This document shows positions 23,615 to 35,251 of a DNA stretch of 64,000 bases, in pieces. How positions within the stretch are numbered: position 1 is the first letter of the stretch; each line of letters starts with the position of its first letter. Location of the stretch: the NCBI GenBank assembly GCA_021613535.1, contig CP075492.1, positions 1,860,001-1,924,000 of the forward strand. The letters run 5' to 3'. This stretch comes from Adineta vaga. Its lineage: Eukaryota; Animalia; Rotifera. The notes under the pieces were generated by a model. The model was not told where the DNA came from and searched no databases. It was given only the letters and a program-made list of their open reading frames with translations. The translations under genes were made by a program, and so were the position numbers.

Positions 23615-25450
23615 ATGTCTCTGCAAAACAAAAGTTTATTGTCTTCAAAATATACAATTCTTCTATTCATACTGTGTATGAATTCTATTGAACAACTATT
23701 TGGACAAATTGTTTCGAATAATCCACCTAAATATTATCCAGTAATACCGTGTCAAAACTTGACATCTGCTCAAAAGAATGAAATCTTCAAATCTCTTGCA
23801 AAATATGAGTCTCAATACAATGTAAATGAATCTATGATTAAACAAAGTTATACTTGGACATATGGAACTTATCACACAGTTTATAAAGGCAATACCGTTC
23901 ATCGAACGCGAAATGCTGCCGAATATGCAGTTAAATTATTCGATAGTGGTGATAATCTAATGGGAAAACGTGGATTTGATGTTTTACGTAAAGTTCTCTC
24001 ATTACAAGATACCAATTCAAGTTCACGAACATATGGAATTTGGTCATATTTTCTCGAAGAATCATTGCATGAAATGTCACCACCCGATTGGAATTGGGCC
24101 GATTTTATTGGTACACAATTATTACAAATAGCTATTAATCATCATGAACGTTTACCAATTGATTTAGCTAAAAAGTTAGATATGGGTATTATTCATGCTG
24201 CACGTTCAATTCAAAAACGTAATGTTGGACCTGATTATACAAATATTGCAATTATGGGTACCTATGTAACATTAATTACAAGTGAAATCTATAATCTGAC
24301 AGATCTACATGATTATGCAATGAAACGTTTAAGAATATTTTCAAATTTTACAAAAGCAAATGGACGAGCATTTGCAGAATATAATAGTCCAACATATACA
24401 ATGGTTGCTATAGAAGAACTCGGACGATTACGAATGCATGTTATTGGAAACGAAGCGAAACAATTAGTTAATGAACTTTATCATATTGGTTGGGAAGAAA
24501 TAGCAGAACATTATCATTTACCCACAGGGCAATGGAGTGGTCCACATTCACGTTCATATGGAAGTCTTCTATCTAATGATGTTATTAATTTTCTTGGAAA
24601 TTCACAAAATAATACCTGGGATATCCGTCTTCCATTGCCTATTCCTGATGATTTAATGTCATATTTTACCTCCAATTTAAATACTCCACGTACTGTAATA
24701 AAAACTTATGCAAAAGATCTATCAGGTTCAGTAGCAGATTTAATTGGTACAACATATTTACATCCATTATTTACTCTTGGTAGTGCACGTTGGAGTGAAA
24801 TGTGGAATCAACGACGATCATTAATTGCTTATTGGGGTACGAAACAGAAACCATCATATTTACAACTTCGATTTTTACATGATAATTATGATTTTTCCGA
24901 TTTTGTATTTTACAGTGTACAAAAAGAAGATCGGGTTTTAGCTGGATTAGTATTTGCTACAGATGGTGGTGATACTCATCTTAGTCTTGATCGAATTAAA
25001 AATGCTACAATTAAAGCAAAAGATTTACGTATACGTTTTGAAATCGGTGGAAATCATGTTGATTCTGCTTGGCAAATAACACAAACACTTTTAGAACCAA
25101 CAAAATTTGTATTTGAAAATCTATCATTACAATTTTCATTGCCAACTGTACGATTTTCATGTAATAATCAATCAGGATGGATAGTTCATCGTACAAATAA
25201 TCGTCTCAATATTGATTATGTTATTTATACATCCAATGTAGAACTAACTATCAAACTTGATACATTAACTGAAACTGCAGCGATTGTTGGATTAAAATTT
25301 TCTTCTAATACAAATAATTCATCAATACAACCTATTCTTATTTCACAAGATTCAATATTACATGCTAAATGGGACGATCTATGTATTACAATTCCTTTGA
25401 AACCAAATAATGTATCAATATTACGTAAACTTCCAAAATTTGTTTGTTGA
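23615..25450 (+). CDS. Secreted bacterial-type protein, possibly heparinase II/III- or polysaccharide-lyase-like; HGT candidate
   Basis: 611-aa intronless ORF with signal peptide. Motifs YGIWSY..E....PPDWNWADF, YTNIAIMG, EYNSPTY and GPHSRSY resemble bacterial alpha/alpha-toroid proteins (recollection, not searched). Confidence 0.7.
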   Translation: MSLQNKSLLSSKYTILLFILCMNSIEQLFGQIVSNNPPKYYPVIPCQNLTSAQKNEIFKSLAKYESQYNVNESMIKQSYTWTYGTYHTVYKGNTVHRTRNAAEYAVKLFDSGDNLMGKRGFDVLRKVLSLQDTNSSSRTYGIWSYFLEESLHEMSPPDWNWADFIGTQLLQIAINHHERLPIDLAKKLDMGIIHAARSIQKRNVGPDYTNIAIMGTYVTLITSEIYNLTDLHDYAMKRLRIFSNFTKANGRAFAEYNSPTYTMVAIEELGRLRMHVIGNEAKQLVNELYHIGWEEIAEHYHLPTGQWSGPHSRSYGSLLSNDVINFLGNSQNNTWDIRLPLPIPDDLMSYFTSNLNTPRTVIKTYAKDLSGSVADLIGTTYLHPLFTLGSARWSEMWNQRRSLIAYWGTKQKPSYLQLRFLHDNYDFSDFVFYSVQKEDRVLAGLVFATDGGDTHLSLDRIKNATIKAKDLRIRFEIGGNHVDSAWQITQTLLEPTKFVFENLSLQFSLPTVRFSCNNQSGWIVHRTNNRLNIDYVIYTSNVELTIKLDTLTETAAIVGLKFSSNTNNSSIQPILISQDSILHAKWDDLCITIPLKPNNVSILRKLPKFVC

Positions 25451-25830
25451 AAATTTTCTTTTTGAGACAAATAATGATTTGAAATAAAACTTTTGATCAT
25501 TGGTAAAGCGAAATGAATAGCTGCGAGGATTTCTTTTTGGATGTGATTATAACAGTAATGGAAATATTCATCAGTATTTTTATGCGTCTTCTTTCTTTTT
25601 CTTAATAAAACTTTAACGACAATTTCTGAGAAAGTAGAAAATAATATTTTAAAAAGGATGAGAAATGATTTACAGAAAATCGAAGCACTTTTTTCTTTAT
25701 AAACATATTCTTGAAATTAAAAGAGACGTAAAAGGCTTCTTTTCATTCTTCAAAAAACATTCCACTGACATATACTTTATTTACAGGATAATATCGAGTT
25801 AAAATGTTATTTCAATGTATTCTTATTTGA

Positions 25831-25903
25831 TTGAGGGTTTGGACGTGAGTGTTGGTGGGTGGGTGAGGTTGTTCTTTCTTTATCCACACCACACCCTCAA
25901 GAT
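25831..25903. repeat. Telomere-like hairpin element copy with both ends
   Basis: TTGAGGG...GGTGGGTGGGTGAGG-T-rich spacer-CCACACCACACCCTCAAGAT. Confidence 0.85.
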
Positions 25904-25904
25904 G

Positions 25905-26303
25905 TATTGTTAAATATCAATCTTCAATTCTTTTAATGGATTATATTATTAATATTATATCAACAATAACAATTATAATAAGTAAAACTCGACAACGAAA
26001 AGTCTTACAAAAAGAAGAAGTGATTATCGATTAATTTTGAATGAACAATTTCAACAACATAAAAATTTATTTATTGGTCCATGTATCTTAATTCTTCTTG
26101 CAATACCACGTTTAACAATTACATTTGCATCTGCTTGTATTAAATCTATTAATGATTCATGGTTATTTCTTACTAGATATTTTAGATCATTAATTCCATC
26201 AATACTTACTATTATTTTATTTGTGTCACCATCAACTGTTTATCGACAAGAATTTCGTAAAGCAATTACTCGTTATCAAAAATTCTTTAATAGATATTTC
26301 TAA
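25905..26303 (+). pseudogene. C-terminal fragment (TM5-TM7) of an LDLa-EGF-7TM receptor paralogue
   Basis: NIISTITIIISKTRQRKV...EQFQQHKNLFIGPCILILLAIPRL aligns by eye with the C-terminus of 15777..20519. Frameshifted and 5'-truncated. Confidence 0.8.
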
Positions 26304-26543
26304 ATTATAATTATTTATTCTTTGTTGTTGTCATGAAACTATTTGCATCTGAAGTTAATCAGAAAAATTCAACTGAAAATAAAAGCGTTCATATTCCAAA
26401 TTTTTTATATAAAGAAGTAAATTACATGTTTGCATCAAGTTATTAACTAGGAAAAAACACAAATAAGATAAAGATAAATAGACAGTTTCATTCTCATCTT
26501 CAAAACGGATCATATTTTTATAGACAATTGATTGAGTTGATCT

Positions 26544-27293
26544 ATGGCGTCAAGAACACAAACTACAAACGATCAAAGCGTATTAGTAGCTGGTATATCT
26601 GCGATTATGGGTGTTTCTCTACAATTATCACCATCTGTTAGCAAATCAGTAAAAGAAGAAAAAGTTTCACTATTAGATTATCATGATAAAACATATTCAT
26701 ACGGTCAAGTACGTGAGACACCAACGAATCGAGGAACATGTACGAAAAAAGATTCCAATCCTAAGGTTCCTCAAATAGAAATATATACGAAACTCCCCAG
26801 TGGAAATGAACTAACACTTAATTTATAGACCCAGATGTAACTGTCGAACATGTAACAAATACGGAATACAATATAGATGTACTGTTCATATACTGAATCG
26901 CTTACGAGGTGGAGCTCAATTAGTTTTGGATCCGGCAAGTATGGATCCACAAAATATGATTACGATTTTACAAATGTTAAAGATAACAACAAAGTATTTA
27001 CAAGAGGTTTAATGAAATATGTTCGACCGTGTGGATGGAAACGTTTCGCGATTAATGTCACTAATAAATTTGAAAATATGGTGTATATTCAACACCAGAT
27101 TTAGACGTAGTTGAACGATATGCTGTCAAGTTCTCATATAACAATGATGAATATTTAATTGTATTACAAAACCGTGTAAATCCTAACACATTGATCAAAT
27201 TATCAGGCAATCAAATTGGTGTGGGTGAATATTGGGTCAATCCTACCGACTAAAGATGTTCGTCCATACGGAATTTGTATAAAAAAACTTTGA
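26544..27293 (+). pseudogene. Degraded gene with a NEURL4-like ADP-ribosyltransferase-fold domain, preceded by a possible ubiquitin-like segment
   Basis: YDYDFT...RG...YVRPCGWKRFAINV, then LIVLQNRVNP...EYW...DVRPYGICIKK. Stops, frameshifts and an apparent internal deletion. Confidence 0.6.
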
Positions 27294-27398
27294 TTACTAT
27301 ATTACATCTGTTTTTATGTTTTAAAACAAAATTTATAATGAAGAATCTTTCTTTGCGATCTAAATAATATTAACTGTATTTTAATGTTAATAAATCAA

Positions 27399-27415
27399 AT
27401 TTTGAGGGTGGGTGT
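27399..27415. repeat. Telomere-like element, left half
   Basis: ATTTTGAGGGTGGGTGT directly after AATAAA of the upstream pseudogene. Confidence 0.55.
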
Positions 27416-27966
27416 ATGAAGAGTACAACAATTCTACGAGTTCTATCGAAAAAATGTCTTATTCTATGATGCAGAACATTGGCGAATAAGATGATTACTC
27501 TAACTTGCCTAATTTGATTTCGAATATATTTTACAACATAAAATAGCGCTCAAAATCTTAAGTGAAGAGAAAAACTCACAATTAAGATAAACTTTTCAGT
27601 TCATTTATAATTTATCAGCATGTCAAACCTTTAAATCAATTTATATTTTATAATATAGATGATAATGCTTTAAATGATACAGAAAATAAGAAAAAGATAA
27701 TTTTATCATTTGATACTTACATGAACACTTAGTTTGAACTACCAGATTATAATTGACATGCACTTATCTTTCGCTCCTTTGCTTCTTTTATATGACACAT
27801 TGACGGAAAATAATTGTTAGTATATTCTCTATAAAACTCAAATGGAAAGTATAATTTCATTATTGTTACTGATACGAGAAAGAAAGAAAATCTACTTAGG
27901 CAAATCAGGCGAAACAACAAATGTATAAAAATATTCGAAAAGAAAAAGAAAATTTTTTCCACCCCC

Positions 27967-28920
27967 TCAAGATGGTAAAGGATTGATAGTTCGATGAATT
28001 CGTTTGAAAAAAATTAATTTCGAGAGTTTTTCTTTTAAATGAGGTAATGTTATAGCAGTAGCATAAGGTAAAATGATTGCTGGAGCACTTGCCATAGGTT
28101 CAAGAAGTTTTCTCACATTAGTATCAACATCATAACCATTTATTCTTCGAATAATATTAATAACTGTTAAAGGTAATGCAAAAATAATATATGTAGTAGA
28201 TATTGAGAAAAATTGTAGAATTATTTTTCGATTTTGTCTCCACATATTACCACGTTGTAAACGACGTTTTTGTATAATAACTCGAAAAAGAACACTACCA
28301 CTAAGAATAAGAATGAGTGGAAATGGAACAAAATTATGACCAAATGTTAAAAATAAACGAAATGATGGTGATAATGAACATGAATACCAAGGACCATCAC
28401 ATAAATAAATATTAATTTTATATTGATGTTCACATGGATAAATAAAAATCATATATAAATAAAAACATGGTGCATAAAGAGCAAATATACTTAATGGTAT
28501 ATAATGGAATAACCATCGTCCACGTTTAGTATGATGCCAATGGGAATGAAAAATTAAAATATGTCGTTCAAATGATAACCAAATCATTGAAAAAACCGCA
28601 CCAAACCAAATTCCACGATCTACTATTTGATTAGTAAGACAAAATATTGGACTAAATGGTTCATATACACCTAATTTCATGAATCGTAATATGAATGCTA
28701 TACCTATTGTAAGATAAATAAAATTAAATAATAACATTATCATCGTAGCATGATTGTATAAAGCTGTACGTGCTGTTTTTTTAATCAAAAGATGATAAAA
28801 TACAAATAAATAACAAGGAAATGATATAATTTGACCAAAGAGATATAATGAGAATTTAATGTTTGTCCAATTAGGTGGAAGATAAATATCTTTGACATTG
28901 ATTTTATTATTTTCAATCAT
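27967..28920 (-). CDS. Orphan rhodopsin-like GPCR, intronless
   Basis: 317 aa with 7 hydrophobic segments and SFERHILIFH at the end of TM3. Confidence 0.88.
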   Translation of the reverse strand: MIENNKINVKDIYLPPNWTNIKFSLYLFGQIISFPCYLFVFYHLLIKKTARTALYNHATMIMLLFNFIYLTIGIAFILRFMKLGVYEPFSPIFCLTNQIVDRGIWFGAVFSMIWLSFERHILIFHSHWHHTKRGRWLFHYIPLSIFALYAPCFYLYMIFIYPCEHQYKINIYLCDGPWYSCSLSPSFRLFLTFGHNFVPFPLILILSGSVLFRVIIQKRRLQRGNMWRQNRKIILQFFSISTTYIIFALPLTVINIIRRINGYDVDTNVRKLLEPMASAPAIILPYATAITLPHLKEKLSKLIFFKRIHRTINPLPS

Positions 28921-29653
28921 TCGAAGTGATGATTATAAAAATCTACTTTCTTTTTAACTGTTTAAGAATCTAATAAAACAATTCTCTTTTCTAGAGATAA
29001 ATCTATATACATGAATGCATCTTTCTTTTTTAATTTATTTCATTTTTATAAATTTAAGTGAATCGTAAAAAATAAACTATATTAGATTATATAAAAAGAA
29101 TTTTCTTTTTGAAAAAAATTCTTCTTCTACTTTTGTATTATGTCATGTCATGATTTATAGTTAGATATAAAGAAATTGTATCATTAAATACTTTCTTGTT
29201 TTTATGTCCTTTGATTTTGTTTCATCTCAGTTATTTTTATATAAAAAATATGACTTCGTTTTTCTCTCATAGACAAATAACCGAATGAATCATTCTTGAT
29301 TTTTATTTCGATTCTTTTCTTTTTTTTTTTAATTCTAATTAATCTATCATGACGTTTCGTACTCGAACCGAAATCAAGATAAAAATCTATTGAATCTTCT
29401 TAATAAAAGAAACATTCAAATATTATATTATCGGCACATCCAAACGTTACAGAATTTTACTAGATCTACCATGACTGAAAATTTCATTAAGTTATCACAA
29501 ACTATTGCAAAGTTATTTAGAAAACATCGTTTGTTATGGAACTTCAACAAATAGACGAAATATTTAGGGATGACTTTGATTTTAACATTTTTATACAAAA
29601 GTTGTTCAGTTTTTCACGAACTCTTAGAATCTCATGTCGTTTTCGTTGTAGGA

Positions 29654-29706
29654 CAAGGGTGTGGGTGTACATGTAAGATAAAGATGAAAACCCACACCCG
29701 TCAAAT
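29654..29706. repeat. Telomere-like hairpin element copy
   Basis: CAAGGGTGTGGGTGT...TAAAGATGAAA-ACCCACACCCGTCAAAT; the spacer is shared with the copy at 32612. Confidence 0.8.
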
Positions 29707-30229
29707 TGAAATAATTAGATAAAGGGTTTTTTTCTAAGCACAATGGGAAACTGTGAAGATAGCATGAGTTGAAGACAATGTTCCTGAAATTCATCGCCAC
29801 AGAGAGATATGTCTAATAAGATAAATGTAAAATTAATCAATAACACGTATCGCGTTGATGTTTGCTGGTAGTATTGCACGCAGTAGGTATCGCAGAGTCA
29901 GTAATCCAAAGCAGCAAACTTTGCATATAAAATGTTTTGATCCATGCTTTCCTGCGACTCGGCATTGTACGTGACGTTTTTTTCTTCACTCAACTGGACG
30001 AAAAATGGTAAAGTCGTGGGCATACTCAACGATGATAACATTTTCGAAGTTAGAATTTATGCTGGTGCTGATGCCCAACATGTGCTTCTATCTATTTATT
30101 CTAGCTGTTACCTTTTATTTATTGAAGCAGTTAGCGCAATACACACGGAGGGGAGAAAAAGGTGCGCGAGCTAGAAATGGAACAAAATCAATTCTAGTTC
30201 ATGTCGTCGTCACTCGTTCAAGATTGCAT

Positions 30230-31420
30230 TCACGGAACATACAGTTCTGCAGTCCTTTCACAGTAGTAACTCCAACCGCCAGTAACTAATATTCTTCCGT
30301 CCTTTAGTGCTGATACTGTATGTTGATCTCGTTCAAGATTTAGAGAATCCATGAGAATCCAGCTCCTTGTTGACGGATCATAGAGTTCAGTACTATCGGT
30401 AATTCCACACTCATCGTCCACCGATCCACCGATAGCCAGTACTTTGCCACCCATCAACGGAACTGTCGCAAAAGAATATCTTGGACACTTTAAGTTGTCA
30501 ATGCGTGTCCGATTGATCATCAATGGATCATACAGTTCAGCACTGTCCAGAGCATCTATATATTCGTCACCGTTCACCCCAGTGCACGCTAGCACTCTAC
30601 CATTAGGTAAGACGTTTGATGCATGCCAAAGTCGTGCGTGATGCAACTGACCAGTAAATGTCCATTCACCTGTGTCTGGATCAAACAACTCAGCACTCTT
30701 TAAAGTAGTCTCATTGTTGGTTCCGCCAGTAATCAATACTTTTCCATTGCTTAACACAGAAGCTGCATGATAGAGTCGTGGAACCGTTAAGTTTCCAGTA
30801 ATACTTCAGTTGCCCGTTGCAGGATCATACAACTCAGAACTCTTTAAAGGAGTCTCATCCTCGACTCCTTCTCCACCGGCAACTAATACTTTGCCATCAG
30901 ATAACAGGGACGCTATATGACCAGCTCGTGCAAAATTCAAGCTGCCAGTACGAGTCCACTTACCCTTGCCTGGATCATATAACTCAGCAGTACGTCCATT
31001 TTTATCACCGCTGTCCCCACCAATGACTATTACTCTACCATCTTTCAATAGAGTCGCTGTGTGACCGTTTCGTGCATGATTTAACTTGCCAGTCATAGTC
31101 CAGTTACCTGTTAACGGGTCATAGAGCTCAACCGATTTTGTATCGTTGTTATAGCAAAGTCCACCCATCACTAGCACCCGTCCATCGTGTAATACCGTTG
31201 CCGTATGCGATACTCGTTCGTACGCCATATTACCAGTATACTGCCATCCTGAAACAAAATGTAAATCATTGGGATATTACTTCATTAAAGAAAAAGAATT
31301 ACCTGAATTTTCAGTGCCTCTGACTCGGATGTTTTTTGGTCTGCCAGCAACGACATTTAAAAGCAGAAACAATATTACTGCTACGACTACAGAACAAATG
31401 ACATAACAAAATGCTGAAAT
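30230..31420 (-). pseudogene. Kelch-repeat propeller gene with an N-terminal hydrophobic exon; one in-frame TGA
   Basis: Hydrophobic exon ends at 31303 (phase 1) and the Kelch exon starts at 31248. ORFs 30806..31228 and 30230..30757 share a frame and are separated by a TGA at a conserved Trp position. Start codon unclear. Confidence 0.8.
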
Positions 31421-31724
31421 GTTCTTTTAATCATATGCTACTCACTCGAGGTTTTATACCTATACATATGCGAAACGTTCTTCAAAAAAGACGAAACGAT
31501 CTATACTGTCGATTACTACTTTATATACACAATGAATATTATCGCAAGAACAACAAAAGATAATTTAACAGGTCCGAAGAAAAGAACGGAATTTGCTCTA
31601 TTTTCTTTTTCAATGTCTACAAGTGTTCTACTTTCACTCGCTGGTCTTCCACAACAATTTATCCACATGTAAATTATGTCAAAAGATTCGTTTATATGAA
31701 AAGAAAGGCATTAAATTTCGGCTA

Positions 31725-32615
31725 TAGGGTGTCCAGTAAATCATCAAACAGCCACTAAAAATTGAATATCTTTACCTTACTTCAATCAAATGAGCTGATT
31801 TTCTTTCTGAAAATAGAAGATAGTTGTAGATATTTATTCCTACATAAACAGCTTATTCTTTATTATATCCCCTAACTCTTCCATTCCTTCTAACATAAGA
31901 AAAGTATAAATGTTACTCTCAGACGAGATAAAGCATTCTTTATCTCAACAAAACATGCATCTATATATATAAAGAAGAAAAGTTGTTTGTCTGTCTGTCT
32001 GTTCGCTATGCATTCAGTCGCTGTGGGTGTGGGTGTGGGTGTCTGCATCCAGGATAGACAACTACAAAGCGTGAGTTGGGTTCTCAAAAAAACTGTATCT
32101 GGAGTGAAATGACTACTCTACCTGTATAGAGTAGAAGTGAAGTTTATAAAATAGAGAATGACTTGCAGCGGGATAGTGGGTGTAGATTTTTAAAAAAGCG
32201 TAGCTGTATGTCGTATGTATAGCGAGGCAAGACCAGTAGGAAAGAACTGATGAAGAGATGCGAAAAGTTCTGAAAAAAAGACCTGATGGATGACGTGAAA
32301 AGCACTGTTGTAGATGAAAAACGTAAATTGCGTCCTCTTTGCAGTGGGTATCTCCGCTAGTACTACATAAAAAAGTGTGCGTATTTTTTTACTTATTTTC
32401 TAAGGCATGTCTCCTCCATATACGATGAAATATCGGCATTCAAGTTGTGATAAAAAAAGCGAAAGAGAGCATACGAAAAGAAAAACTATAAAATGTAATA
32501 CACGATATGAGAACAGATAAAGCAAAAATTCGTAACAGATATGGCTACAGCTCGCACCACTGAAGAAAGAATCATGATGATGCGATTATTTTCAAAATAT
32601 TACAATGCGCATGAG
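31725..32615 (+). mobile_element. Truncated Tc1/mariner-type element (left end plus transposase N-terminus), interrupted by a Helitron
   Basis: TA|TAGGGTGTCC terminus. 32541-32615 encodes MATARTTEERIMMMRLFSKYYNAHE, resembling the N-terminal HTH of DD37D/maT-like transposases; the resemblance ends at the telomere-like element. Confidence 0.5.
31960..32360 (+). mobile_element. Non-autonomous Helitron (about 400 bp)
   Basis: A|TCTATATATATAAAG 5' end, (CTGT)n, GC-rich subterminal hairpin GTGGGTATCTCCGC and CTAG|T 3' end; inserted between A and T; contains (TGTGGG)3. Confidence 0.75.
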
Positions 32616-32657
32616 GGTGTGGGTGTAAAATAAAGATGAAAACCCACACCCACACCC
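32612..32657. repeat. Telomere-like hairpin element copy
   Basis: TGAGGGTGTGGGTGT-AAAATAAAGATGAAA-ACCCACACCCACACCC. Confidence 0.85.
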
Positions 32658-33559
32658 TTTTTTCTTAAAATAATATTTTAGTAAGTGAGAATGAACTGAC
32701 AATGAAAACTAACATCTTTTTTACCTTCTTTTCATCTAAATATAACTATCTATTGTGCACGTAAGTAGTTTTCACTCTTAGGAATATTTTTATATTGTGG
32801 AATAGAAAATACATTGTCATGAGTAAACGAAATAAAAATCTCATTAAGAAGAAATAATACCATCTTGTGTCTACTTTAACTAGTCGAAATCTATTATCTA
32901 TTTGTTAAAAATTTCTTTTTATAGTATAGTAATACAGAGTGCAAAGACAAAATCAATAATTTTTTATGTTCTGATAAAAACGGTGACAATGTGCAATAAA
33001 TTAATTTCATAATTATAAAAAACGTTTTAATTCTCTTTTACAATATTTTTTTCTCGCATGTGTATTATTTGAGATTTATATTTTAAATAATTCAGTTCTC
33101 AACTTATTATCATTATAGAGATACAAGTATTATCAATATCAACCAAACAATCGAAAAGATTTCTGAAATATATTAGAATTTAGAGAGAAATAGTTGACAT
33201 AATAATAGCTACTCTAATCTGATAAGTTCAAAAATTCAAAAAATAACTTTTCTGTTTTAAGAAAAGTTTTTATATAGTTTAAAAAGAATAGTATTTTAAT
33301 TATCTGAGAGGTTACTCAATTAAAAAGGAAGTTACTTCCTTTTGTTCGTATATTCTATTGTTTCTAAAAGTTGCATTTATAAAGAGAACAACAAATTATA
33401 TATATATATATATATATGTATTTATTATTTGCTTTTCTTTTTCATAACGATGTTGACAAATGAAAGAGTATGAAAAATAAATAAGGGAGCAAAAGCTACC
33501 TACAGCACATACATGTTACTTCCTTGAAAGCATTTCAATAGGACTTGAAATTGATTCAT

Positions 33560-34028
33560 ATATTGTTTTATAACGTCGATTATAATAATATAAACTATAT
33601 TGACACATTGATCCAAATCTTGGTAATGTACATTTATAAACAAGTTTTTCTTTTAAAGATACATCATTGGATTCCAAATAATATTGATATTCTTGAATGA
33701 TATCAATTGCTACTGACCATTGATATAATTCTGCACTTGAAATATTCTTTTTTGCAAGATCATTAAAAGAAAATCTATTTGATGAATATTTATCTTAAAC
33801 TCGATCAGAAAATTTTAATGATGATTCACTCATGCACCAAGATAAGATGTCTCGACTGACACTTCTTCGCTTGACATTTGCATTAAATCGTAAACAATTA
33901 TATCGTAGACCTCTTTCATCAAATGAATCAATATTTATTTCATCACTAAAATAAAGATTTCGTTGTGATACACTTGAAACACAGTGTAAGAAAGTCAGAT
34001 AGAGAATATATTTTAGGTGAAAGATCAT
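33560..34028 (-). pseudogene. N-terminal fragment of an LDLa-EGF-7TM receptor paralogue
   Basis: Signal peptide, then YNCL...SWC...FSFNDLAKKNISSAELYQWS...IIQEYQYYL...CTLPRFGSMCQY, matching the N-terminus of 15777..20519. Contains an internal stop and a frameshift. Confidence 0.75.
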
Positions 34029-34817
34029 TTGATTTGATGAATAAAAACGAAAGTATCCTACGTTGATATAAGTACCATTTGGCGTCAATCCATTAAAACA
34101 TATCTTTTCATTAATAAACCCGTTCATTCCGTTTTCATAAACATAAAACGTCATTGCTGACGCACAAAAAATCTTTTTCTATACTTCCTTTGTTAGACAT
34201 TTGCAGATGATAAAAATGGTTTCAGACACAAAATACATATTGATGCTCATCTGCTAGGATAGTTTCTAAGTAGAGATTTTGAATGACGTAAGAGGTTTTA
34301 TTAAACATTTTAAGCTCATTTTCATAGTTTTTGCTCCAACAATAAAAAGGTTTTTTCGGAATTTATCGAAAAATGAATAAGAAATAAATTTAAAATTTTT
34401 CCAATTTCAATTAATCGGCTGATTGTTTTTGATTACGAAGTGAAAATATGTTGAAAATATTCGTAGTTCTTATTCATAAATTAACAATTTCTACGACAAA
34501 AGTATTTTCAAATGAAAAATAATTTGATCGATTTTATTCAGAAAAGAGGAGTAGCTGCCTAAGTCGACTTATAATGTAGGTGTAGAACTCCTAATACATT
34601 TCTACGTATATCTAGGAATAGATTTTGTTATTCTCTTTTCTCAAAGAAATGGTTATAACGTCATGAAGACAGTCGTTAAAATGCTAAAAGTTTGTTTTAA
34701 CTAGGTGTGTGACAGTTCCATATCAGTTCACACAACTGAACTGTCTGAGCAGTTTCTGAATTTCCAATAGTTGATCAGCTATAGAAAAACTAATCCAAAG
34801 CCGATATATTTGGGTTG

Positions 34818-34830
34818 ATCTTGAGGGTGT
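34818..34830. repeat. Telomere-like element, left end only
   Basis: ATCTTGAGGGTGT. Confidence 0.5.
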
Positions 34831-35251
34831 GATCGATAGTGAGGAGCTCGAATTTCATGTTTGCTTTACTTAATTTATTAATTATTAGCTCGGTGCGAAT
34901 TAGGGGTGTCAACGTTCCCCATTCCCAAGCGTTGCATTCTGAGGAATAAAACAGATTTCAGATAACATTGTATAGCATTTTCCCAAACACAACTAAGGTA
35001 TTGAGATATAACTGTCTACAACCTTAAGCAAATCCATCATCGGTTTCCTGTTCCGGGAATGAGAACGCTTCATGCGTTCCTCGTTCTTCTTTCTGCGTTC
35101 TTGAACGGAGAACGTCACTGAATCTTTTACTTTTTCAAAGGAGAAGACACATTTCACTCTTTTTTTGTACTCAAAAAGTGAGTACTCTACTAGAATCGAT
35201 CAGTGTGGCCGTCCGGCCGTTTACACGATAAATTTCGATAGAAGAATCGGA

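Noticed and set aside
9390-30808. TGA at conserved Trp positions (cathepsin DWR; Kelch at 30806) suggesting a TGA=Trp code or readthrough
   Set aside because: Long intact ORFs contain many Trp codons with no internal TGA, and TGA is a normal terminator (e.g. 25450). Single G-to-A nonsense changes explain both cases.
32246-32300. CTGATGA...GAAA resembling a hammerhead ribozyme core
   Set aside because: No convincing stem II or flanking stems could be paired; it lies inside the Helitron.
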